Shown here piece after piece: positions 10,921 to 21,400 of a stretch of DNA of 64,000 nucleotides. Where the stretch lies: assembly GCF_964204645.1 (NCBI RefSeq), contig NC_134029.1, positions 16,796,950 to 16,860,949 of the forward strand. The letters are read 5' to 3'. Every line of letters begins with the position of its first letter. The first letter of the stretch is position 1. Made by a program: the position numbers and the translations under genes. The notes under the pieces are model-generated. The model saw only the letters and a program-made list of their open reading frames with translations, searched no databases and was not told where the DNA came from. The DNA comes from Tubulanus polymorphus. Its lineage: Eukaryota > Animalia > Nemertea.

Positions 10921-11526
10921 TATTAACTTATATTCATATGGAAATTGAAGCCTCAGTAATAATTTTGAACCTTTATTATTCTTTAATTTATTCATATATT
11001 CATCATGTAATTTAATAGGTATAATTTGATTTTCTTCCAATGATTGTTGCATAGATTTTCTATCTTTATAGTAGAATAAAACTAGAAATCTTATATTCTC
11101 CCTAAAGTCATTAACAATTGAATTATATTTTTGATTTAAAACCCATGTTGTTATCCCAAAATGTCTCCCAGAGAAAGCTAAATAGCATAACTCACTTTCT
11201 CTAACTTTTGAATCATGTAGATTAGCACAATCATCTATAATGAATAATGTATTTGATCCTTTATAAATATCAATTGCTATTTTAATACAATTATCTAGAT
11301 TTTCTTTTACTGTCTTAGGATTTAATATAATAAACTTTTTCAGCTTAACTATATCTCTATTATATGTTTCATTCATTACATAAGTAGGACAGAATAATAT
11401 TATATTATCAAAATGATTCTTAAAAATAGTTTCTAACAAATCTAATATGAAATGTGTTTTACCACAATTGGTTACTCCAGTAACTAACATATTATGCGGT
11501 TCAAATATAAATAAATCTTTATTCAT
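10915..11526 (-). CDS. A32-like packaging ATPase, copy B
   Basis: GVTNCGKT, LFIIDD, SGRH; clear paralogue of 6929-7531. Confidence 0.88.
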   Translation of the reverse strand: MNKDLFIFEPHNMLVTGVTNCGKTHFILDLLETIFKNHFDNIILFCPTYVMNETYNRDIVKLKKFIILNPKTVKENLDNCIKIAIDIYKGSNTLFIIDDCANLHDSKVRESELCYLAFSGRHFGITTWVLNQKYNSIVNDFRENIRFLVLFYYKDRKSMQQSLEENQIIPIKLHDEYMNKLKNNKGSKLLLRLQFPYEYKLIK

Positions 11527-12592
11527 TTATTCTTTTAATTTTACTAGATAAAATCCATTCATTAAATTTGTCATCATATCCTTTATATTTCACCAAAGAA
11601 TACTTTTTTTCGTTTAAGAGTTTTTGTTTTCAATACTTTTTCTATTTTGTATTCTATTTCATCTGGATTTGGTACAAGTGATAATTCTTGTTCATAGAAA
11701 TAACCTAATATTTCTTCATCTTTTATATCTTCTAATTTATAAACAAATGGTTTAGTTAATACTATCTTTTTAATCTTAAATATTTCTTCAGTAAAATTAG
11801 GGGTATAACCTTTATAAAATGTTTTTCTATATTTAGATATTCTGACATGTTGTCCTATTTTAAATTTAGGTTCACCAAAATCGCACCATATAAATTATTC
11901 CAAACTATTTCTGAATTATCTTCTTTTCTAGCTTGTATAGGTTTCATATTTATAGAACTATGTTTAGAATTATTATAATTTTTCACTAAATCATCTAATA
12001 CATCGATATATTTATATGTTTCATTAGCAGTAAAATATTTCCACATTCTAGTTTTCAATGTTTTATTAAATCTTTCTATAATAGATGCTTTTTTATGTGA
12101 ATGTGTTGAAAAATACTCTACATCGTTATCAGATATTAGTTTTTTTAAATCTTTGTTATAGAATTCCTTACCTTCATCAAATTGTATCTTATCTGGAATA
12201 GCTTCTTTAAATATTGATTTAAAAGCATTTGTCACTTCTATACCAGTTTTATTTTTGATTGGAATTGACCATGCGTATCTACTGAATATGTCTATAACAT
12301 TCAGTATCCAGAAATATCCTTTGTTGTATTCCTCTAAGTTCTTCATGTCAATTAAATCAGCTTGCCATTGTTGATCGATATATGAAACCATAACTTTCCT
12401 TGTTAAATAAGTTTTATCCATTTTCTTGTGGATTTGATAAGTTGGTTGATTTTGTAACCATGACTTTAATTCACTATATTTTATATTTTCATTATCAGAT
12501 TTAATTTTATTCCATAATTCTGAAACGCTAGAATATGATACTTCACTCTCTGGGTTGTTATATAACTCTCTTAAATATTGTTCTTTTTTCAT
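11527..12592 (-). pseudogene. Polinton-type rve integrase, copy B, two frameshifts
   Basis: QWQADLIDM, IDIFSRY, QFDEG, IERFNKTL; small deletion near 11880 and A-run slip near 11605; GEPKFKIGQHVRISK and DDKFNEWILSSKIK continue in other frames to TAA 11527-11529. Confidence 0.9.
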
Positions 12593-12598
12593 CTTATT

Positions 12599-12967
12599 TT
12601 AATCCATTAATAATAATTTAGATTTAGTTTCAATGGCTTTATGATTTGACTTATTTTCTGGTATAATAGGTTTATTATCATTGGAATCATCTTTATCATC
12701 AGATTTGAATTTTGATTTATATATTACACCGGATAATATAATAATTGTGATTAACCCAATTGTAATATATAAGTAATTATTTCTTTCACTATTAGAAGAA
12801 TCAGATGGATTGTTATTTGAATCAATATCAGATAATTTCTGTGGTTCATTTATAATAGTTAATTTCTTTTTCTTAGCTCTTTTTAATTCTGCAGATCTTT
12901 TACCTAATTCTCTTGCCCATTTAATTTGTTTTTCAGATATAACCTTTTTCTTAACATCATCACTCAT
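12599..12967 (-). CDS. Viral single-TM protein Y, copy B
   Basis: Paralogue of 8235-8645; TAAATG start. Confidence 0.75.
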   Translation of the reverse strand: MSDDVKKKVISEKQIKWARELGKRSAELKRAKKKKLTIINEPQKLSDIDSNNNPSDSSNSERNNYLYITIGLITIIILSGVIYKSKFKSDDKDDSNDNKPIIPENKSNHKAIETKSKLLLMD

Positions 12968-13016
12968 TTATTTTAGTTAATTTTTGTTCTGGTTCATTTT
13001 CTGTTTCACCGTTTGG

Positions 13017-13568
13017 TTATAGTGCGGCGTCACCTGTTTCGTTCTTACCTGATTTACATTCCATAGGTTTGATATTCGAAAATGTTATGATGCCAGTAGA
13101 AATTAATGTCATAACCGATCCTAATTGGAATGAAGCATAACCAACCCATTTTTGTAATTCAGTCATAACTAAATAGTCATTTTTCAAATCAGTATATAAT
13201 TTATTTTCATCATCAATTGGTATTAACCGGTTACATAACTTAGAATAACATTTGACAATACCATCTGAAATAGAATCATTTATTCTAGCTAATCTTGACT
13301 CTTCATAAATCTTAAAATATTTTATTACTTTATCTGGTTTCATAGCATTTTATTCTTGAAAAGTTATTATTTTTCCCAAAAAATCCTTAGATTTCCCTCC
13401 AGCAATCAATAGTTCTAGATGATGCTTACAATATAAATAGTATTCATAATCTATATTACAATTAACTTGAGTACAATTAGTTACAACTGTATCTTTATTA
13501 TCACTTATACCCAAATCATCTAATGTTTTTTCAATATTAATACTATTCTTCTTATATTTCTTTGACAT
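13017..13568 (-). pseudogene. Viral hypothetical protein X, copy B (in-frame stop 13350-13352)
   Basis: ORFs 13350-13568 and 13017-13343 are in frame (FQE*NAMKPD vs YDELDTMKSD in copy A); LKNDYLVMTEL shared. Confidence 0.8.
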
Positions 13569-13829
13569 TTATATTAGAGAAAAAAAGCGAAAAAAATATA
13601 ATATTTTAATACTAGTTAGTTAAGTTAAAGTTAATACTAAATTGACTAGGTTAGTTAAAGGTAAAGAATTTTAGTATTAGTTATTGTTTTTTTTAGTATT
13701 TTTTATTTGTGATATAAAGTATTCTCTTTTGAAAAGAATTTTAAAAGAAAATATTAAAAATATAATAGAAATAATGGATAGTTGAAGTTAAGGTTTTTTT
13801 ATTAAATTTTATTTAAATTCTATTATTCT

Positions 13830-14603
13830 TTAACCACTCATTAATGAGTCAACGTATTGTTCATTATTTGGATCATTATTCCATAATTCAATAAATTTCT
13901 TTGCCTTTGTTAACTGTTCTAAATATAACTGTAAATCTAGTACATTTCCTTTCCTAATATTTTCCTTCTTTTCAAGAGGTCTCAGGTTTTTCCAATTCCA
14001 GATTAGCTTTTGATTGTATTCATCATTCATATAAAATTTCGATATTGGTAACACATGATCAATATGGTAATAATCCCCATAATTATCTGTATTCATTTTA
14101 TCGTCGAATTGATATATAATCCATGATTTGAGAAATACATCTGAACAGTCTAGCAAATTAGATAGTGTAACTGGGTGTTTATCTTTACTGAATAATTGTG
14201 ATAATCTAGTTCTCAAACATTGTTTCAATTTAAAATTAAAATCTGTTTTGTATCGTTCTCTCATATATTCTGTCATATAATCACAGTTATCTTTTTTCCA
14301 ATCTCTAATATATTTTGGATTATTTTCCCTCCATTGTTTTTTCGTTTCTTTACATTTTTCTAGATTATTTAGATAATATTGTTTACTTTTTTCTTTACAT
14401 TTTTCAGTATTATTTATATAATATTGTTTATCATATGCTTTTTTACAACTTTTACAAATATTTAGTAAACCATCTTTGTAAATCTTATGTTTATAATAAT
14501 CTGTAAATGGCTTATCCAATTCACACTTATAACATGTCTTCTGATAAATATTTATAACACCATTATTGTTTATATTTATAGCTTGTGATTGTTCCGGCTC
14601 CAT
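13830..14603 (-). CDS. HNH endonuclease with N-terminal Cys zinc ribbon, of the type common in large DNA viruses
   Basis: KTCYKC...CKSC, then YHIDHVLPISKF...NWKNLRPLEKKENIRKGN HNH signature; intact. Confidence 0.8.
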   Translation of the reverse strand: MEPEQSQAININNNGVINIYQKTCYKCELDKPFTDYYKHKIYKDGLLNICKSCKKAYDKQYYINNTEKCKEKSKQYYLNNLEKCKETKKQWRENNPKYIRDWKKDNCDYMTEYMRERYKTDFNFKLKQCLRTRLSQLFSKDKHPVTLSNLLDCSDVFLKSWIIYQFDDKMNTDNYGDYYHIDHVLPISKFYMNDEYNQKLIWNWKNLRPLEKKENIRKGNVLDLQLYLEQLTKAKKFIELWNNDPNNEQYVDSLMSG

Positions 14604-14621
14604 TTATAATATATATTTTTA

Positions 14622-14981
14622 TTAAAATTGATTAACATATTTGGAGTTATGATATTTTGATTTAAGATGGTGTGATTTATTGCCTCGAGTATAATATTTT
14701 CCACAATTACATAAAACGTTTTTATTAGGATTATATTTAGGCGCATCAAATTCATCATCTGAATTACAATGAATTCCAATATCTTTGAATGATTGTTCAT
14801 TATCTAATTCACATTGAATACCAATATTTGATGAATTTTCATTATAGATAATTGGTTTATCATCAAAATTTAAATAATATAATTGTCTTTTTTCAATTCT
14901 TAAGTTAATCAAATTATTGTAACCTCTAGAAAGTATTAAATCATCATTTCTTTCATTGAAAGGAGTTTCAAGAATATTCAT
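14622..14981 (-). CDS. Viral hypothetical protein with C-terminal zinc finger
   Basis: LCNCGKYYTRGNKSHHLKSKYH. Confidence 0.6.
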   Translation of the reverse strand: MNILETPFNERNDDLILSRGYNNLINLRIEKRQLYYLNFDDKPIIYNENSSNIGIQCELDNEQSFKDIGIHCNSDDEFDAPKYNPNKNVLCNCGKYYTRGNKSHHLKSKYHNSKYVNQF

Positions 14982-15443
14982 AATTTTTCATCTAAAATTC
15001 CTTTATGATTTAAAACTGTATTAAATATGTTAGGACTTTTGATTCCATTATCTATCAGTTCAATAATTAAATGTGCTTCATTTGATAATATTTGATTGAT
15101 TATAGAAATATTATCAATTTTATATTGTCTTCCATACACTACATTTGTTGCTGAGATATAATTTTTAATGTTAAATAATGAAAATAAGTTATCATTATTC
15201 ATATTTCTAATATGACTTTTAGATTTTAAATGTTCTTTTATCACTGAATGATTGATTACATGTATCACATTTATATGTTTCTTTTTCATTCTTTAATTCA
15301 TCTAATTTAGTTTCTAATATATCATCTTTATATTCTAGTTTCAATTTATTCTCTAAATTTGTTTTAGTTTTATTGTGTCTTGCTTTTTGGGATTTATCTA
15401 TATTGATATTACATATTGAACAGTAGTACTTATTTGCTTCCAT
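14978..15443 (-). pseudogene. Viral zinc-finger protein, frameshifted
   Basis: YYCSICNINIDKSQKARHNKTK and YKCDTCNQSFSDK, continuing as EHLKSKSH in the overlapping frame. Confidence 0.6.
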
Positions 15444-15711
15444 TTTAATACTAATTTTTTTTTTTAAATTGATTTTAGAAGTTCAATGATTTATATATGA
15501 ATTTTTTCAATCACACTTTATTAACACTTTTAATGTTTAAAAATCTAACTCATACAAATATAAATATTGAAATATGTTTAAAATATATCTATATATCTAT
15601 TCTATAAGAGCTCACACTTTATTAACACTTTACTTACACTTTTATATTGAATAATCTATCAATTTATATGTTATTCATATATATTTTATTCATGTATATA
15701 AATATTTTAAG

Positions 15712-16135
15712 AGTAATAGGGGTTTAGTTGTTCTAGGTTAAAGGTTGAATGGTCGAGTTTATTAAAAACAAACATTAAAAGTAATTTAAAACTATAATAT
15801 ATTTTCATAGCCGTGTGTATTTTAGTTAAATAATAGAATAATTATTATTATTTGAATATATTTGATTATATGAATTTGTGTATTGTAAATAAATCAATTG
15901 GTCGCGGAGCGGAGCGGTAGCGAAGCGGAGCGACCAATTGATTTATACGCTTTTATATATAAACAATATGCTTTTAAAATTTAAATTATTAATATCTTAG
16001 AATAAATATTTAGTTATAATATAAAATACACACGGCTATGAAAATATATTATAGTTTTAAATTACTTTTAATATTTGTTTTTTAATGAGCTCGACCGTTC
16101 GACCTTTGGCTTAGAACAACTAAACCCCTATTACT
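15712..16135. repeat. Terminal foldback of the viral element
   Basis: Outer arms 15712-15824 / 16022-16135; inner 16-bp arms 15890-15905 / 15930-15945; GC-rich apex. Confidence 0.9.
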
Positions 16136-16460
16136 ATTAACCAGTACTAACTATGAGAAAGCAAAGGAATTGCTTGAAAACTGATTCGGGCAGGCGCATA
16201 AAATTACGGAAGCTAATTTAAATGAACTGATTGAATTAAATTCTCCAAATTACAATTTGAAATCTTTGCGCCAATTCTATGATAAAATTGAAATGCATAT
16301 TCGCAGTTTAGACTCTTTGGAAACATCGACTGATTCATACGGCACGCTTCTGGTACCGATTCTTTTGAATCACCGGCAGATATAAAACGAAACATTGCGC
16401 GAGCTTGCGGTAACATCGAGTTAAATTTTGGAGATTTCCGTTCTATATTGACCGAGATAA
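16136..16460 (+). mobile_element. BEL/Pao LTR retrotransposon gag remnant (DUF1759-like)
   Basis: Translates LTSTNYEKAKELLEN*FGQAHKITEANLNELIEL...SLRQFYDKIEMHIRSLDSL...SYGTLLVPILL. Confidence 0.75.
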
Positions 16461-17768
16461 ACATATTAGAAGTTTGCGACACGTCACCGAAATCGTCATC
16501 ATTTGGTACAATTGGTAGGCATGGAGACATATTGTTAAACTTTCAAATCATGGAGTCTCTTTTCTCTCATCAACCCCTTTCAGTGAAGACTTTTTGGATA
16601 TCCTTCAAAACAGTTTCAAATGGATTAAAAAATGATGATTTAGGTCGACTGCCTGTCCTTTCTGGTCCTTCTAAGACCTTTATCAGGTATGTACTACCAA
16701 AAATGAGTGGGCTAGGCCCGCCTGGAATGCTCTCAAGTCAGGTTGAAATAGACATTGCTCGTTTTCAGGTCGAGATCGATGTACTGTAGTTTCTCTTTCC
16801 GACGCCGCGACCAGCCTTGAACCGGAATCGGGTTTGTTCGGTTCGGCAAAACGGAATACATCTCCAAATTCTGTAATAATCGACAAAAACGATGCTTTAT
16901 TAGTATGAAAACGTGAATCGCCCGGGTGAAACCTTCGAGATTTTCCTAAATGGGGAATCAACGTTGACTACGCCTGAGTCTGATCTGATCAATTTGGATA
17001 AACCGTTCAACTCGGATGTTTGTCAAACTATTTTTGTGACACTATTCACGGAATACATAACATCCAACTCGGATATCGCTCAAGTCAGTTACATTTTTAT
17101 GGTCCCAATATCCGATTTGAGCCGAGTCAAGTGTACATAACCAGCTAACCTACTAGATATTGTGACGAGCACTCGGTCAACAATATTTTATTTTTCAATG
17201 AACTTTGAACTGGATTTTCACTTTCCTAAAATCCATATTATCATCACATAACGCTTTAACTACTGTCACCACTGTATTTTGATATGCTAATGAGCAGGTG
17301 ATGACGTCACTGTAACGTTTCCGAGCGTCCGCGGAGCGGATTTTTCAGCATTACGCGAGCGTATGCTGAGTAAACTATCGCTCATAAATGAAAACAAAAA
17401 CAACTTAAGTGAAAATTGTTGTTTATTTCTGAATGCAAATTCCTCACTGAACAAATTGATGCATAATAAAGGTAGATAAACCGATTATTAACGAAATTAC
17501 GGACCAAAACGTCGCACGGAGAGTAGGTGTGACAGACAGTAGTAGTGTTAAGCCTACGCGATATAAAGAGGTGACCGGACACGGGAAGAGCGACCGCTCG
17601 TCACTGAGCGGCGTTTATTCAAAGTGTGACTTATTTACTACTGACAAAAACAGCTCTGGCCGGGCGCGGTGTTAAAACAGCAAAAAACTGCCGGTATTCA
17701 TTTTTTGTTTCGTGCACACCAAAACTACATAATTGAACAACTAATAAAAGAAACCAATAACTCGACTA

Positions 17769-18072
17769 ATGTCTATTTATTAATGGATGAGACCTATTTT
17801 TCTGATATTTTGCTTACTTTTTGGGATACATATTGGTAACAATGTTCAAATCCAAGAAATTTCACAAAATGGAGGATTTTCTCTCTCATTCAACTGGACT
17901 TAAGGAGTCTTTTTGCCAATCCATCTTATCGGTACAGAACTGGAATAATATCGGATATTCAGGTGTTGTCCGTGACTTTTGGCATTCTGTTAAGACATAA
18001 ATGAGGTACGTATCCCAAAAAGTAAGCAAAATATCCCAGAAAAACAGGTCTCATCCATTAATAAATAGACAT
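17769..18072. mobile_element. MITE with ~60-bp terminal inverted repeats
   Basis: ATGTCTATTTATTAATGGATGAGACCT...TTTTGGGATAC and its reverse complement at 18010-18072. Confidence 0.75.
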
Positions 18073-18489
18073 ATAGTTGATGCTGACCGTAAACGGTACT
18101 AGACTTCGGTTTAAAAAAATGGGAACCCGTCCGTCGTCTGTCATAGGCTGCACATACATTATAATAAAACTGTATTGAATTGAATTCAAAATTGAATTGA
18201 ATTTGGTCGAAACGGTTGGACAGAAAGATCTTCCTCTTTTCGCGAATAACAAATATTTGATGCTTATTTCTGGATTAGATGTGGTATTTATGATTCAGAA
18301 CTGTTGTGTTGTTGTATGTTATCATTTTTTAGTGAATGTTGTTGTCAATCGAAGCAATTTCCATCGATAGTTTACCACAAATTCACAAATCCTTATCGAT
18401 GGTCAGACTATTTATCACAGGAAACCATTTAAACTTCTATTTTCCAGGTTGTGTGTTGCTGTTGTGAATTTGAATGCTGAAAAACAGTT

Positions 18490-21400
18490 ATGGGAAGTCG
18501 ACAATATATGGGTAAGTCAGCAATGATTTATTTAGGCTTCTATTTCTTTTTGCCGAAGCATTATTAAGCTCTTAAGCCGATTTAAAGCTCAATTTTCGAG
18601 AATATTCATCAATCCTTCTAAACAGTGTAAAATGGATATAAAAACGATGATTTATCTGGACTGCACAACTCAGGTGATTCGATTAAGACCTATTTGAGGT
18701 ATGCACACCCAAAATAACGAAATATCCCAAAAAGATCGTGGATAGCTATATCCATAAAAAATTCAAATAGCTCCAATCTTACTGAAAGAAAGCTTGTTGG
18801 AATGGGGAGGGCTCAAATAACAATATGCTTTTTAAATTTTTGAATTATCTTCATTAGTTTTTGAGATGTCGCAAATTGAAGTTTGAAAATTTGAGCGAAA
18901 AGTGTCTTCATGTTTCAATACACAAAAACTGTGATCTAAGAAGGCAATATTTCATGTAAACAAACTTCAATATCTCTTAAACTAAAAGAGATAGACTAGA
19001 AATTTAAAGAGCAATACACTCATAGCACTTTCAGGTGACAGTTGAAAGACCCAAAATTTTTATCTGATTCCAAATGCCTATGGTTTCCATGGAAACCAGC
19101 CGAAAAATGGTAAAATAATGAAAATATCGATGTTAGATCAAAAGTTATGATGTAGAAAGGGGATAGAATAACTAGTTATCAATAGTTTGTTTGCTCTACA
19201 GTTTATCTAGGAATATCTATGATTATATAGATTATTATTATTAGGTTTCCATGGTAACGGCAAGAAAAAATGTGAAATATTGATATGATTTCAGATGAAA
19301 TTATTTTTTTCACTACATAATTTTTGAAATGAATAAACATGATTATCAAGGTCTGTCAGTTAGGTCTATAACCATAGGCTCCTATTGCAAATTGATTTAA
19401 ATATACCAATTCTATATATTATTTGCTAAATGAATTTTAGTTAAGAAAAGCAGAAAATTAGGCTTGGCCTAGCTCAAAACGCTGAAATTTGAAATATATT
19501 CATGATATCATAATAAAATCAATCAGTTTAGTAACATAAACCAAGCAATAGTAATAATACTACTAATAATAACTAAATCATAATCCATTTGTTTTGTTTT
19601 GAGCTAAATTTCAACAATATTTTATATATATTTCAATTTTGCTGCTTTCGGAAAATCCCCTCAGGAGCCTCACTGTCCCATCACGCGCCTCTATTTTTGC
19701 CCGTCACAAGCCTCAATTCATCCCATTAGACGCCTCCCTCTTTCAACAGCCGCTTTACCGACGGGAGCGTAGTGGCGATTCGCACGCGCAAAAATTTTTT
19801 TTGTCGATCATTTAGCTTAATCTGTCCTAATATTCAGAAATATAGTGATGAATAATTATGAATCGGAAAATAAATACAATAATTCACCGCTAGACCGATG
19901 AATAATTGTTGAATATTGATCTCATCACGAGCAGCGCGGCGCGTCGTCATTCAATAACAAGTGCCGGCCGCCATTTTGTATCGCTCGCTTCAACGCAAAA
20001 CTTAGACATCGACTTTTCCGGCAACGATCGCTCAGCCCCGACACGAAATAAAATCATGCAGTCTTCAGTATTTGAATTTTAAGATCCTAAACCTTCCGAT
20101 TCCTGATGATTCGTCGCTTATTCCGGGTCCTAAGCTGACGAATTTTTCTCTTGAAAAAGGGTATATTTCGATTTCTATTTTCTTCGACTAAAATGCGGAT
20201 TTATACCATAAACCAACCCCCAAGTGATAAAGATCGATCTTATTGGTTGATTCCAAAAGATTTTAGCTCATTTGCATTGATAGACAGGTTTTATGAATGA
20301 TTTTACTACGCGATGTCAAAACGCGTAGTAAAAACGCGCATCACACTTTTCCTAATCAATAATGGTCGTCACAATCGATAGTGGCGCCCCGCGTGGACAT
20401 GAACATACCTATCGTGGACAATAGAAAATAAATAGACAATAACAGCTAATAGCTAGTACCTAGCCGTCATTCTACAAACATCATCTAGGGCGAAAGTGCT
20501 CATATAAGGTTAATTTTCATCCCTGCATAAAGAAGTAATGCAACCATCAGCGACGATGTACGCTAAAATAGCGGAAATAGATACTCCGCCTGATCGGTAA
20601 AATATCCACTGCGTAAAATTAATGATATGGCTCTGGTTATGTAGTCAGTATAGAGAGTACGATAGCTCCGCTCCGGTTACGGAGTAAGGTAAGCGCAAGC
20701 GCAACACAGTAGAATTTTGACTTGCAATATTGGGATTCGAAACCAAACGCACCTCCAGGATCCTTGCCTGGTTTTGATGGAATTTCCTTGTTCTAAACGT
20801 TTTTTTAATTTCAGTGGATGTTACCGAGAAGTCATTGATGAAATCATTGCGGATTCATATACAGAAAATAGAAACACTGAGTGAAACGGAAGGGATCCTT
20901 GCATTATTTGATGAATGGATGAGCTTAAAACTTAATACAGTAAATGCAAATTCATTAGGCATTGACTGCGATCACATAAAGGTTCGTATGAAAAAATCGG
21001 TTCCAAAATTTAAATTTTTAAGTACATGAGTGAGTCGAGCGATCAGTTTAGCTTGCACGACTAGTAGTTGCGCAGACTTTTTAAACAGTCAGTTTTGTGC
21101 AAAGGTAAAAATGTGCGGAGAATTATTCAACGAATTAACTTAAATCCCCTAGTTGTATCAGTAGCATTTCTCTGGCTTATAAATTTATTCTACCAATCAT
21201 TTAAGTTTATATCAGGGGTGGATTTAGACCGTGTTGTCGGAATTCTTTAGTGCCTTTTTAGCCCACTTGGGACGTTAGTCCCAGCGGGCTATTGCGTTCA
21301 CTTTTCGTCCGCCGTCTGTCCGTAGATGGAATCCAGTTAATTTGGGAAGTTTTGAAGAAGCTTCAATGTAATGTCTTGATATTTATACGTGTATCTACCC

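Larger units (their letters stand above)
1..16135. mobile_element. Endogenous Polinton/Maverick-like dsDNA viral element, right part, partly degenerate
   Basis: Very AT-rich, intronless, tightly packed ORFs; two rve integrases with chromodomain-like tails, two A32-like ATPases, penton-like gene; ends ...CCCCTATTACT at 16135 with an abrupt switch to higher-GC BEL/Pao sequence. Left end not in window. Confidence 0.85.

Noticed and set aside
6056-13352. Programmed stop read-through or alternative genetic code in the viral genes
   Set aside because: Internal stops replace different residues (Gln, Glu, Leu) at non-shared positions, TAA is also the normal stop, and frameshifts co-occur; decay is the simpler explanation.
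1-15700. Poxvirus early terminators TTTTTNT
   Set aside because: Too frequent by chance in such AT-rich DNA to assess by eye.
1-16135. Bacterial prophage or contaminant contig
   Set aside because: No Shine-Dalgarno pattern, eukaryotic rve-chromodomain integrase, and a clean junction into a host retrotransposon.
16448-17140. ORFs 16448-16789, 16683-16961, 16913-17140
   Set aside because: No recognisable motifs; probably rearranged retroelement debris.
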